Of a stretch of 64,000 bases of DNA, positions 25,675 to 37,951 are shown one piece after another (the first letter of the stretch is position 1; the number at the start of each line of letters is the position of its first letter). The stretch covers positions 7,460 through 71,459 of the forward strand of contig JAUCBJ010009049.1 of the NCBI GenBank assembly GCA_032718475.1, read 5' to 3'. Made by a program: the position numbers and the translations under genes. Source of the DNA: Nemertoderma westbladi (Eukaryota > Animalia > Xenacoelomorpha). Under the pieces are notes generated by a model that saw only the letters and a list, made by a program, of their open reading frames with translations, searched no databases and was not told the origin of the DNA.

Positions 25675-27757
25675 CGAGACATAACGGATGTCGCTTTAGG
25701 GTTCTAGATACTATGTCGGCGATGAAACAAACGTTGACCGAAGATTCTATCGCTAAGTAGTATTGCAAGATTATCTGTGGAGGTGAAGTAATCGCCCAAT
25801 ACATGCAAACTCGCCACTTTAACTGTGACTCGAACTCGTTTACGCCGGGGGTATCTCCCTCTCCATATACGTCTGTGTACTTGCTCCTCCTACTCTCCTT
25901 ATAATCCCAACTGAACATTAGATATGAGATATAACCCGTCCCAGTTTTTAGCGTGTTATACTCCCTAAAGTATCCTTGCTCAATAGCCCAAAGCAACAAT
26001 GGTCTATTATCCACGTATGGCGTAGACAGTTGATCCTCTTCCGTGGGCATTCCCGCGAAATCGCTAATAAGGTCATCCCGTACACCGGATCCGATCTTGA
26101 CGATGCTCTTGTCCAACACAACGTCTCGCACGGCCTTTGGCAACATCCTAGCTTCTATGCTACAAGCCAGGTCCATGGATTTAACTATCCGTTTTATCAT
26201 CGCGTGTCTTTGCGTCGTTCCTTCCGGCATAGGCATCTTTCTATCGCTCCTCTGTCGGCTGAAGACATGTAACACGCCGTCTGGTGCTCTAATCTGTATA
26301 GTTTTCGAAGTGAGGCTTTGCTGATGGCTTCCTCCTTCATTGTCGTAAAACATATAACCATTCTCCTTTAGAGATTGGCTGGTCACGTCCCAATCGTCGA
26401 GTAAATCGTCGATAGGGTTCCAAATTCTTCCAATTGACTTTTCGTCATCGAAGCTAATGGGTTTACCGGTCCAATTGGTCGCGATATCGGTGTCGGTCTC
26501 AAATGTTCCAACTCCGATCCATAATCGAATCGTTCTAGTCAGATATCCTCGTAAGATGCAAGGTGCGATATCCGTCCCCGCGCGATCCACTTCCTTAAAG
26601 TCCGTAATGTGTGGAGGCACGTTGCGTACGATTTTTTGGACTATTATTTTATGCAACTCGGTTGACTCTAGCACATCACCGAAGGTAACCGATGGGAGGA
26701 AATCCAGGTTCGAGATGATCTCCGGGTGTTCAACTATGGGAATCTCGTAAGTTGTCTCCTTCCGGGTCGGTACACTAATAGGAAAGCTAGTCGGTCTCGC
26801 AACTGGTACTATCGTTCCAGCAGAATGGGATTGAGGTTCTCGCGTTATCTCGACATGAGGTATCTGTAGTCTCTGCGACAAACGCTGAGCAAAGGTGATA
26901 CTATCGAAGAGCTCGGGTGTCATCTCCTTGGGTTCGGTTTGATCGTGGGATATCCAATAGAATGGTAGGCTCGCGAGCCTTCCGCCGAACTCCTCGATCT
27001 CGCCTTTCTCGTACGCCTTGTACGCCCTGTAGAGGCTCAAAGCTTCCCGTTTCTCTCTTGTCGACTTATTAGACTCGTCCACTACCATGCTGTAGACATC
27101 TGGTTCGACTAATCTAGGTTCGTTAATAACGATCTCACCCGCGTTCGGTCCACTCATTTTAAACGAATCGTACGGATTCGTCAAAGGGTATCCGCCTTCT
27201 TGGTAACGCAGACTTTGGTGGTATGAGCATCGCGCTAATATCGGCTCGGGGTTCTCTGAGTTCAATCTCATAGGAATTGCGTTATCTTGCTCGCGCATAC
27301 ATGCTCCACATTTGTAAAACAGTTTGTATATGGAAAACGCGTCCTTTGTCTCTGGATCTGCTCCTCGAGCGCGTCTATAAAGATGCATTCCTTCGAATTC
27401 ATCCCTGGCTGCAGGTAAGGGTTCATCTACCGTCAAATATTGCAGCGTATGATATAATCGGCGTATTTTGGTGTCTGGATCCTCGCAAATGTCGCTAGCG
27501 TCGCATAACGCATCGTAGGGATATAACGCATTGAACTCAGCGCGTATCTCTTCCGTTCTTTTGTTATATGCGTCCAACCGCTGTCGCGTAACATTCGGGT
27601 CCGCCTTGGATTTAGCGAACTTGGCTGTACTTCTGGCCATACTCTCCACTCCAAACACACTAAAGTTTTTAGCTCCATATCGATTGAATGGCGCCTGGTG
27701 CTCTTGTTCTTGCGTAAACCCTTGATGTAACTCCTTATTCATCTTCTCCGCCATCAT
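25664..27757 (-). CDS. B2 ORF3 N-terminal part: CxxC..CxxH zinc finger plus DEDDy (WRN/RNase D-like) 3'-5' exonuclease
   Basis: Exo I YMFYDNEG; Exo II LPKAVRDVVLDKSIVKIGSGVRDDL; YVDNR; Exo III LQYYLAIES. N-terminal RLYHTLQYLTVDEPLP, CGAC...CSYH. Confidence 0.8.
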   Translation of the reverse strand: MMAEKMNKELHQGFTQEQEHQAPFNRYGAKNFSVFGVESMARSTAKFAKSKADPNVTRQRLDAYNKRTEEIRAEFNALYPYDALCDASDICEDPDTKIRRLYHTLQYLTVDEPLPAARDEFEGMHLYRRARGADPETKDAFSIYKLFYKCGACMREQDNAIPMRLNSENPEPILARCSYHQSLRYQEGGYPLTNPYDSFKMSGPNAGEIVINEPRLVEPDVYSMVVDESNKSTREKREALSLYRAYKAYEKGEIEEFGGRLASLPFYWISHDQTEPKEMTPELFDSITFAQRLSQRLQIPHVEITREPQSHSAGTIVPVARPTSFPISVPTRKETTYEIPIVEHPEIISNLDFLPSVTFGDVLESTELHKIIVQKIVRNVPPHITDFKEVDRAGTDIAPCILRGYLTRTIRLWIGVGTFETDTDIATNWTGKPISFDDEKSIGRIWNPIDDLLDDWDVTSQSLKENGYMFYDNEGGSHQQSLTSKTIQIRAPDGVLHVFSRQRSDRKMPMPEGTTQRHAMIKRIVKSMDLACSIEARMLPKAVRDVVLDKSIVKIGSGVRDDLISDFAGMPTEEDQLSTPYVDNRPLLLWAIEQGYFREYNTLKTGTGYISYLMFSWDYKESRRSKYTDVYGEGDTPGVNEFESQLKWRVCMYWAITSPPQIILQYYLAIESSVNVCFIADIVSRTLKRHPLCLGEG

Positions 27758-27789
27758 ATACGCGTATATATGGTTACGTTGTTACGTTG

Positions 27790-27820
27790 CTACTAGATGA
27801 AACACAAAATAGAGGTTAGA
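27790..27820 (-). promoter_or_regulatory. Putative splice acceptor for ORF3
   Basis: Sense CTAAC (branch point)-CTCTATTTTGTGTTTCATC-TAGTAG, about 35 nt before the ORF3 ATG. Confidence 0.55.
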
Positions 27821-28487
27821 TGTGAGGTGACTTAGAATTTGTCGGCTTTTGGCTCAACTTTGCTCTAAACCCCAACCCATTTGCCTAATGACTTCGGGTT
27901 TGCGTGATTTCGCACTGGCTCCTAATCCAAAAAATTGTGCCGATAAAAAATGAATTCCGGGTAAACTAGCCGCGAGTCTAAAATACTCACCTTCAATTTC
28001 CCAAACTACATTCTTAAAGAAATAATGCAGTCGAGAATTATTTGGTCTAAATAATAGTAGACACGACTACGTAGAACAAGGCCGATTTTCTTTTTCCAAA
28101 AGAAATTTATCGGTAGGCTCGCAAGCCTTCCATCCGCTCTTGTCCTCCCTAATTTTAATTTTTATCTAGCTGTAGTCTAGAATTCGTATTCACTGGAGAA
28201 TCATTTTTCTTAAATTTAAATCCAACTAAATGGATTTGTCTAATAATTTTTGAAAAATTGTCTCTCTTGTAGGTTCCAAGTGGAATTCCATTCCTACTGT
28301 ACACACAATCCCGCTCCTATGTGATACATAAGGGTACTACCCTCCATGTTCACGTATAAAGACAATGGAATTCCACCGCTGTCTCTATCTACAGTGAAGA
28401 GGATTACAAATGCACATACAGTAATACAAAATACTAAATGACTAAAATACGGTAAGGCTATGTGGCGGCCATCAAGGGTCCCACATC

Positions 28488-31400
28488 TTATTTACTAATA
28501 TTGGGTGGAGATTTGTAGTCTCCTGTCTCGTTTCTAGTCTCCTCAAGGAGTACGAGATGTTGTACAGGCCTATCTACAGTACGTCCGTCGATAGTCCGTA
28601 CAGTAACTGTCCTTATTACACCAGATGTAGGGTGTGTGGTCAAAATGACTCCGGTCAGCCAAAACCGTCTTTTCAGATTGGCTTCAGCCAATAAAACATG
28701 GTCACCACGTCTCAAACATCGGGTATTATGATACCAATTTGTTCTGGACGAAATAGAGGGCAAATAATGTTTCTGCCATATTTCCCAGAATTTATTTGCA
28801 AGCAATTGAGTGATTTTCCAAGCTTTGTTGCCATATCCGTCGCTATTAACGGGTACCGAAATGGGCAACAATGTCGTCGGCGCCTGCATAAGCAGGTGCG
28901 CTGGTGTCAAGGCAAACTGTACATCGTTATTGTCTGGGATCAAAGCGATCGGTCTAGTATTTAAAGTCGCTTCGATTTCTATTAGTAACGTCGTCAGTTG
29001 GTCGTCTGTCAATATGTGTTGCGTCGGGATTACTTTAGCCATAGCTGTTTTAATTGAGCCAATCAGCCTTTCCCAAACTCCGCCTCTCCACGGACTGTCT
29101 GGGGTATTAAAATTCCAAACAATACGGTGAGGACGTAGTTCCTCGGAAATCAGGTTTTGGTCCAACTTCCTTAAAGCTCTGGTTATTTCGTTCCGTGCAC
29201 CCACAAAGTTTGTCCCTTGGTCGCAATAAATGGATTTGACCAATCCACGTCTAGCGATAAATCGCCGTAAGGCTAGGATAAAGGCATTGGTGGTCAGATC
29301 TATCACATGCTCTATATGGACAGCTCTGCTGGCCATGCAAGTGAAGATCAATCCCCAACGTTTTACCTGTACCCTTCCGCGTTTCGCGATTATGGGTCCA
29401 AAACAGTCTATCCCTGTCTCAGTGAAAGGGGGTCTAAACGCCTGTAATCTCGATAATGGTAGTTCACTCATTTCTTGGTGTCCTATCCGCGCGTGCACCT
29501 TCTTACAAATCATACAGTTCCGTGTTACCGAACTTAGTGCCTTGCTAGGCCTAATCAGTACAAACCTCGATCGTAAATGTGACAGACAGTGGTGTCTACC
29601 CACGTGTTTGAGTTGTACATGTGCGTCCAGTATCATAGCGTGCTGTAATTCATGGTGTTGCGGTATGATGATAGGATACCTAAAGTCAAGTGCAAAGTCG
29701 ATGTTCTGGAGTCTGAACTTGTGACAAAGTAAGCCCCGATAAATAATCGGACTCCAACTCAAAATCGGTGAAGACTTGATCTGTTTACCTTGTTTGATCA
29801 CTGTGAATTCTCGTGCGAAATATCGCAATTGATAATGGCGAATGATATCAACTTCACAATGATCAACTTCCTCTAAGGTAAGTCTTCTAGGAAAGTCGCG
29901 TTTGCCTCTGGCATATTGTCTCAAACGTTTGAGCCATGCTAACTTGCGGCACGCATCAGTCCATGATCTAGTTAGGTTTACTATCCGGTCAACGTGAGTG
30001 TTAGTGACGTCATCAGGTAAGGTATAGTTGTAATGTGGATACTTGTCTGGACTTGGTAGGCCCACGGGCCTTCCGGTAGGTTTGTCTGAGTCCCCAAGTA
30101 TGTCAATCTCCACGGTCTTACCTTTACCGTCCGCTCCTAGTGTGTCGACTGGCAGTAACGGTTTCAACTCTACAGTGTTAGTGTGTTCCTGTGAGCCTGT
30201 AAGCTTTCTAACCTTAGCCACACATTTACCTGTAGGTGGTAAGTTAAGTACTTTCTTTGAGCGAAGTGTAATTGCTGTGGCTACACCTTTGTCGTCCAAA
30301 GAAGTCAAATTCGGTAAATTTCTAAAAGTCCGCTCCAGTGGGTCCTTTAATGGAGTGTCTAGTAGACAGTCTGGCGAAATGTCCGGTGAACAGTCTGGTG
30401 AGACGTCTGGTGAGACATAGCGCGGAACATCCGGCGAAATGTCCTGTTGTCGGTCCCAAAAGGTGTCTGGCGTAATTTCTGTCAGAAAGTCTGGTCTAAA
30501 GTCTGGTGGACAGTCTGTCGAGATGTCTGGTGGAAAGTCTGGTGAGACGTCCGGTAGACAATCTGTCGAGAGTTCCATAAAACAATCTGGCGAGCAATCC
30601 GGAGAACAATCTAGTATTGCTTCTGGTGAATAATCTGGCGAGTAATCTGGTGAACAATCTGGCGAAATGTCTGGTGAAATCTCCTGCGGAACATCCGGTG
30701 AAAGATTCGTACAAGCGTCTGGTCGAGATTCTGGTGAGACGTCTGGCGTAATGTCAGGTCTAGCGTCCAGGTCATCAGATTTCGTCCGTCCTTGTTTCCT
30801 CTTGACCTTGGCGTTGGCTTTCGCTTTAGATTTGACAACCTTGTCGATTTTTATCTCGGCACCCTCTGGTATGGTATTGGTTGTCGCGTCAAATAACGGT
30901 GGCCATTCGTCTGATGGTCGCTGTAGGAAATCGGGTCCTTGAAACCAAAAGGATTTATTGTCCGGTTTACAAAAGTCAAGCTGTTGCATCCCCCGTGACG
31001 CGATGTCAGCTGGGTTCAGCTTCCCTGGACAGTGACGCCAATCTTGTTTGAGCGACAAGTCTAGGATTTCAGCCCGTCTGTTGGCTACGAAAGTCTTGAA
31101 CTCAAACGTCTCGTTGTTTATGTACCAAAGTACCAACGTCGCGTCCGTCCTTCAAGTTAGCCTCCAGCTCGCGTTGAACTAGACTGACAATATCGGTGGA
31201 TATCGTCCCGGCTTGCAGCTCTCCACGAGGTACAGTCATATACTTCAACGGCATTGTTGTAGCCTTTGAAGTAACGAGAGATACATTGTAGCTGTCCGAT
31301 GTCACTTGTCGTCTAAGGTATAATGTAACCCCCAATCCATCCTTGCTAGCGTCACTAAAGCTGTGAAGCTCTAAATCGACAGGAAAGGTGGTCTGCAAAG

Positions 31401-34400
31401 GAAAATATACCCTTGGTATGGTATAGGCAAGTAGGAACGTCAGTTGGGCTTCCCAGTCCCTCCATCGCCCAGCTAACTTTTCTGGGATGGGATCGTCCCA
31501 TTCCAGTCCGGCTTGCCAAATGCTGCGGAGTATAATCCTAGCATGTAGGATCACTGGACTAATGAAACACAACGGGTCGTACAATCGTCTCATGGTCGAT
31601 AAGCAAGTCATCTTAGTGAGAGGTCTAGTCGGGTCGTTGGACCTTACACGTACCCTAAAATTGTCGGTGTTAGAGTCCCAACTAAGTCCTAATACTTTAG
31701 TCGTCGGTAGAGGTTCTATGTCTAAGTCTAGGTCCCTTCCGCTGCGATCTGTTGGGTCGAATGAGTTTACCAGTTCGGGTTCGTTGGAAGCAAACTTTGT
31801 CAGGTGGAATCTGCCCTCAGCGAGACAATCCTGGAGTTGGTGTGCTACGGCGTAGCGCGCTCCAAGGTGTCACAACTCTTGAGGCCGTTATCCACGTAGA
31901 AATCTCGTTCCACGGTCCGAACTACTTCTGGGTCAAATTGGTCTCGTCTGTCTAATGCGGTCTGCTTTAAGGCATACATGGTGCAGTTGGGGCTGTCCCT
32001 GGCTCCGAAAACTCTTACCTGCATTTGGTAAGTTTCTGGCGGAAGTTCCAAATTTCCATCCGGATACCAAAGAAACCTCAAGCTGTCCCTGTCCCACTCC
32101 AAAGACTTAACCTGGTGAAACATGGCCTCTACGTCACAGGTGAAAGCCACTTTGCGTTGTCTAAAACGCATTAGGACTCCCATGAGGTAATTATTCATAT
32201 TCGGCCCATCCATCAGTTCGCTGTTCATAGACATCCCTTGGTAAAGCGCGGCGCAGTCGTTGACTACACGCACCTTGCCAGGTTTGTCCGGGTGTCGAAC
32301 AAAATGATGTGGCAGGTAATATGTCTGATCTGTGGTTACCTCGGGATTTAACATCCTAATGGCGTATCCATTTTGGAGATACGTCTGAAGTTGTGCATTG
32401 TATTGCATATGGGCCGTCTCGTCTCGCAACAATCACTGCCGTATTGATTTGAGTTGCCTCAAAGCAAGCGGGTAATTGTTAACGAGCTTAGGTTGTCCAT
32501 TGCGCCACAACATACCAACCTCGTAGTGGCCATTCACGGTCTGGCGAATGGTATCTCTCATAATATTTAATGACCGTTTTTCCTGTTCTGACATAGCGGT
32601 CTCGTAACTACCGGGTTCTGCTGAGTCCTGTTCCAACCATTGAATGGTCCATTCAGTCAGCAGTCGGTCAAGCGCTGCTTGCACTGCGCCATGGTCCTCG
32701 TCCACGTCTTCGTCCGCTGCGGTGGCTAGTGTCAATGTGTCTGGTAGGCTCACAAGCCTTCCGGTGTCACTAGTCGGCGTCGAATCGTCATGCGGCGGTT
32801 TGATACCCTCTTGATCTGTCGGTAGGCTCGCAAGCCTTCCTAGATCAACGACCGGTGTCGAAGCCTGGTGGGTGGGGTCAATGACCTTTGGATTTTTCGG
32901 TAGGCTTGCAAGCCTTCCAAAATCCTCGTTCATCGAGTCATCGACAGCAACAACCCTTTGGTCTTTGGCAGTCAATACAACCTGGTTTACTGCAAGTAGT
33001 TGTAAGTCAGAGGTCCGCGTGGTCGTTTCCAGATCAGTTACGTCAGTATCGGTGGCGTCTGCGTTAGCGACGCAAGTCCGTCGTAGTCCCGTCTGTACAA
33101 TTGGACCACAGGAGTGTGAAGGAGAATTATCTATCGTGTTAGTCAGTAAACTACACGTACTCAAAACGTCGTCCTCCTGGTCACTTACCTCTAGTGAACG
33201 TATTGGTGCTCTAGTATACCAACCTATGGGAGTTCTACATGCATAGGGGTTGCCCGCTGTAATAACAGATGGGCGTGTCTCCCATACCTGATGTAAGTTA
33301 AACTGGTCTGTCCCGATTAACATTGCAATTGAACGATAATTGACAGGACATTCCGGTATTCCAAGGTGTCGGAAATACTTACGATCTTCCGGTGATTGCT
33401 CTGGCACAGGGCCGAGCAAGTTACTAAAGTCCTTCGTAGTTGCAAAGGTCAAATTTCTTACCGGAAGTAATGAGCACTCCTCCTTGCTGTGTTCCGCTTT
33501 GGAAAGAAGAGTGTCTAAGGTTAGTTTTACTCTAGTCACTGGAATCGCTCTCTTACCATGCATGCTGCTTACAGTATACTGAGCAGTCTTACCTTGACTC
33601 ATGTCCGTAACCACGTCGGCTACTTGTTCGTCGACATAGCTATGCGATGACGCAGAGTCTAAGATAGCGTATATACGCTTGCTCCCTCGGGTTCCGGTAA
33701 TCTTTATAGGAATCACGCTAAACCCTTTCAATTGGTTCTGAGTGAGGAGTGTTATCGATGGCTGTTCCTCACCTGCATGCACGTAAAATGTGTCGTCTTC
33801 CTCCTCGTCCTCGTCCGATGATCCCGATTGATCCATACAGTCCGTATAAAACGTACGGATCTCGCGCGGCGCACGCTCCTTATATAGCGCGTCGCATCTA
33901 GCCGCTTTATCTGGATACTCTCGTCGAAAGAGTTTGGTCGGAGTATGACTCGTCGTGTGGAGTAACGCGTCGTGGTTGCGTCCACACTGAGGACATGTAT
34001 TGTCGCTCGGGCAATCCTTCCGGACGTGTCCTGGCTTCATACATCTCCAGCAAGAATCTAACGATCGAATTTGGAGTCTCCTCTCTTCGATTCCTAACTC
34101 TCTAAAAGCGCGACACCCACGAAGTTTGTGTCCGCTATAGTTTCTGCCGTTCCGCTTGCAGTACGAGCATCCCACAAAGTCCGCTGGCAACTGTTGTCGT
34201 GGCTGTGTGGTGCCGATAGGCGTCAGAACTTTAGAAGTCTCAGTAGTGGTGGCGTAGGTAACGGCTTTCGCGTTCGTCGGAAATGGTTTGGTTCGAGTCG
34301 GCGCTGAAATAGCTATCCCTTCCGCCGCGATATGGTGATCAGTATAGTTCGATCGAGTCTCGATCACGGCCTCCCGTGAAATCAGTTGGTAGACGTCGGT

Positions 34401-37361
34401 GAGTTTTAATAGCCCGCCGGCTTCTTCACGCTGGTACTCGATGCGTCGCCATTCTCGTCGGAGTCTATGGTGAAGTCGACCGATTATCCTAATGAGAACC
34501 GTCGGTGCGTTAGCGTATTCGAGTTGTCCTATGGACCGTAAAGTCCCTATAGCGTTTTTGATTTTGTCCGTGAGTCGTAGAAGGTCGATCGGTTTCGAAA
34601 TATTGCCTCCTCTGCAGAGGTCTTCTATAATGGATTTAGCCATGGCTACGTTACCGCCGTAAATCGAATACAAACGGTCGTACGCCAACTCAAAGGCATC
34701 TGGAACACCAATAAAGGTTTCCGCTAATCGTTTCGGCTCACCAGACAGGACTTGGAGCAAGTAATTAAACTTCTCCGTCGAGGTGAAAGCACACTTAGCG
34801 ATCTGGGACTCGACATAGTCTACCAGTGTACGCCAGTGTTTTGCGTTGCCAGAGAACTTCGGCGGTTGCTGTGCCGGTAATCCGTGTCTAGCCGCGAATT
34901 TCGCAATCTCGCTAACCAAATCCAACTGTCCGCGTCCCTGTTTGGTGGCGTCGTCCAGTCGTTCCCTTCCGTCGGTAGGAATTATTAACGGGATCTTCTT
35001 CTCGATGGGTCGGAGTCTGTCTAGTCTCCTGTTCTCTCCTCGGTGGTCGATGTTGTCTAGGTTGTTCCAATTCCACGCTGGTTCGTGATCGATCCGACGG
35101 TTGCGCTTCGAGTCGTTCCTCGGGTTGAGCTAGTCTATCTGTCATCTCGGTGAATTGTTTGGCGCTGATCGTTTCCGCTGGTCGCAATGTGGGTTTCCAA
35201 ATGGGTGTTTCTCGTGGTGGGTTGTCGACGAATTGATTTGTCGATCGTTCCTCTCGTTTGTAATCTGTCGCCGCTGCTGCCGCTCCAGTACGGAATACTT
35301 CCCGTTCCGTCGACTCTGAGTCACTGGATGAGTCGCTGTCGTCCGGATAAGGTGGTTGGCGGATTCGCGTCCGGCATATTATTCTCGAGCGCGTTCGTTG
35401 CGTTCCGGGATCCACGGTTCTCCGACGTTCGGTAGGCTCACAAGCATTCCACGAAGTCGTAGGTCTTGTCAAACATGGTTCGATCCTGTGAGTACTACCC
35501 ACATCCGTCCTTCTCCGTTGTTTGGTAGGCTCACAAGCTTTCCACGAAGTCGTAGGTCGCGTCGAACTCTGTGTCAATGGTTGAGTAAAGTGGTCAGGTT
35601 TCGTAGTCGGTCTATAAATAACTGGGTTCGCGCAGCACGTCACAGGTTTAACTGCTAACGGCTTACTTACCTGTTTAATTGACATAAATGCAGGTTCCTC
35701 CCTTCCTACAAGTAGACTACGACTTACTGTAGGTGGACTAGTTATGTTACCTGCTAAAATTGGCAATGAAGTTGCCCTAGGTTGCGGTATTTCTGTCACA
35801 ACAAACCTGTTACCTTGCGTCGAGCGCACAGGCGTTATTTCTTTAAGTTTTGTGACAAAGACTGGTTTTATTCTAGTCGTGGGTTTGAGCATAGGGATAA
35901 CTTGTGGAAAACGTTTACAATAATCCTCTACGAACTCCTCTCCTCTATCTATCGCTCCCACACTTCCTTCCTCAAGACGCTTCTGAATTCCGCAATATCG
36001 AGCTTCCAAACGATTCAGAGCAGACAAGTCGTGTCCGGCTCGGGATCTTACAGATCTATCTCTCGCGTCGAGTTCGAGGTCCTCTTGCGCGTTCGCTGCC
36101 TCATGCGATCTACGATTAAATTCGAACTGTAGCTGCATTTCCCTTTTGCGTCGATCCGCTACTTGTTGTTGTGCTGCTAGTTCTGCTTCCTGTATGGCTA
36201 AACGTGATTTTAATTGACGTGCCTCCAACTGAGCACGTGCGTCAGATGTCGCCTTCTGCCGTGCTAACTCGTCAGCTGCTGCAACTCGTGTTAACTCGTC
36301 AGTTGCTACCCGTCGTGCTAACTCGTCGGTAGCTGCCGCCGCGGCTGCTTCTCGCGCTAAGTCTTCCTCCAATCTTCGCATCTCCGAAGCCTCAAATTCG
36401 GCTTACGCTTTGAGTTGCGCAATTCTCGCCTTGTCTTCTCTACGTTGTCTCTCTCCCTCGATAGCGATCGGTGTCATCTGTTGTTGCGCTTCTTCCTCGG
36501 CGACTTGTTGTCGGCGTGCGACTTCCTGTTGTTGTGAGTAATTACGGATGCTGTTCTACTAACGTCGCCAACGTCGCTCCGCATGCTAACGAACAATCTA
36601 TCCATGGGTGGAATATGGTAGGCTCACAAGCCTTCCGTAGTGAGAACTTCCGTCGTCCCTTGCGGTTCGACTTCCGGTTCTTTGATCGGTACGCCGCATC
36701 TACGAAGAAAATTGGTGAGCATCCCTAACCTCCCGTCCAGGCAGTATAGTTCTTCTTCCTCCTCGGGTTGTAACAACGCGTCCGAAACTGACTCACCTAG
36801 CATTTGGTCGAGCTGCTCCTGTTGAGCCAATCTTATTACTGACTTAAACTGAATAATACTTTCTCTCGCACTCACTAACTTATCTATTATCTTTACCTGG
36901 GTCAAGTTGTCGCCACGCAACTCTGCGAGTTCGTGTAAACCTCTAAGTTTATCTACGGAAACATGTACCCTACTTTCTATCCTTACTTGTAAGGTGTAGA
37001 ACTCGTATCTCGACATCGGGGCGGTTAACTCGCGTAAAATGCGAAAACCTTCTCCGAGGTTTCGAGTAATCTGGGCCATGTGTCCTCCTATACTTCTAAT
37101 AACGTTCTCCTGGCTTCCAGTCGAACTTACCATGTCTGGTTCCCGCGATCTAGTCTGCGGGACGGTAAGGAAATCTTCGATTCTGCCATTGCCACGCATT
37201 GCGGCTTCCGGTATTTCCGTTCGGGGTACCGGTGACGCAAGCGGTGTGACATCGGTGGAATCTCGGGTTCTCCTTCTAGGTTCGTCTACTGTCGATCTGT
37301 CCGGGTCGCACGAGTCATAGTCGGTAGGGGGGTATCGCTTCGAATGTGGTGTGTCACTCAT
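28488..37361 (-). pseudogene. B2 gag-pol polyprotein (~2950 codons), disrupted
   Basis: ORFs 36624-37361, 34912-36381, 32433-34925 (gag, zinc knuckles, protease AILDSAS), 31845-32432 (RT with YVDD mutated to YVDN), 31102-31611 (RNase H LHSFSDAS) and 28488-31136 (HHCC, GIDCFGP, CDQGTNF, GGVWERLIGSIK integrase). Confidence 0.93.
30360..30765 (-). repeat. Degenerate 12-bp coding repeat ((S/T)PDx)n in B pol between RNase H and integrase
   Basis: Translation ...ISPDISPDCSPDYSPDYSPE...VSPDVSPDCSPDISPD. Confidence 0.85.
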
Positions 37362-37424
37362 GTCTTATTATATATGTCAAGTACGGGTAATAAAATGTCA
37401 AAATGTCGAAATGTCCAAATGTCA

Positions 37425-37434
37425 AACTTACCTT
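37425..37434 (-). promoter_or_regulatory. Putative splice donor (AAG|GTAAGT) 70 nt upstream of the B gag ATG
   Basis: Plus strand ACTTACCTT is a perfect consensus donor on the sense strand. Confidence 0.5.
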
Positions 37435-37951
37435 GATATATATATGTCATATATATACCCTAACCGGTACAAATAAATCAACGAAATATATAATAAAATA
37501 AGTAATAATCTAGCCTACCGGCTAAATTTGTACGAATAAGTGAGATAATGGTATACGTTGCCAAAATGTAGATCAACAAGTACAAATAGTAGGCAAAACA
37601 GCAACATCTAACGGGAAAAATATGTACCAACAACACTACTAATCAGACAGTGAAACCCACAAATTTTGAGTACTACTGTGCTTTCTAATTTTGAAATAAT
37701 ACGAGTCATAAAACCTACGCTCCTTTGATCCTCCAGTCGTACAAATTCCCAAATACAAACCGGACGTGGGTCGTTCCGTTTTCGGCGGCGCGGACAAATT
37801 TTGTGTATCCCAAACATTGCGAAAAGCTGTCTGATCTTCGAAGCGGTCCAGAAATGAGTCCTTGAGTGCTGAAAAGTCGAAGGTGAGAGTTTTACTTCTA
37901 CTCTACGAAAAATCTTCCTAGGTACCGATACAAATTGGTCATTAAACCCTA

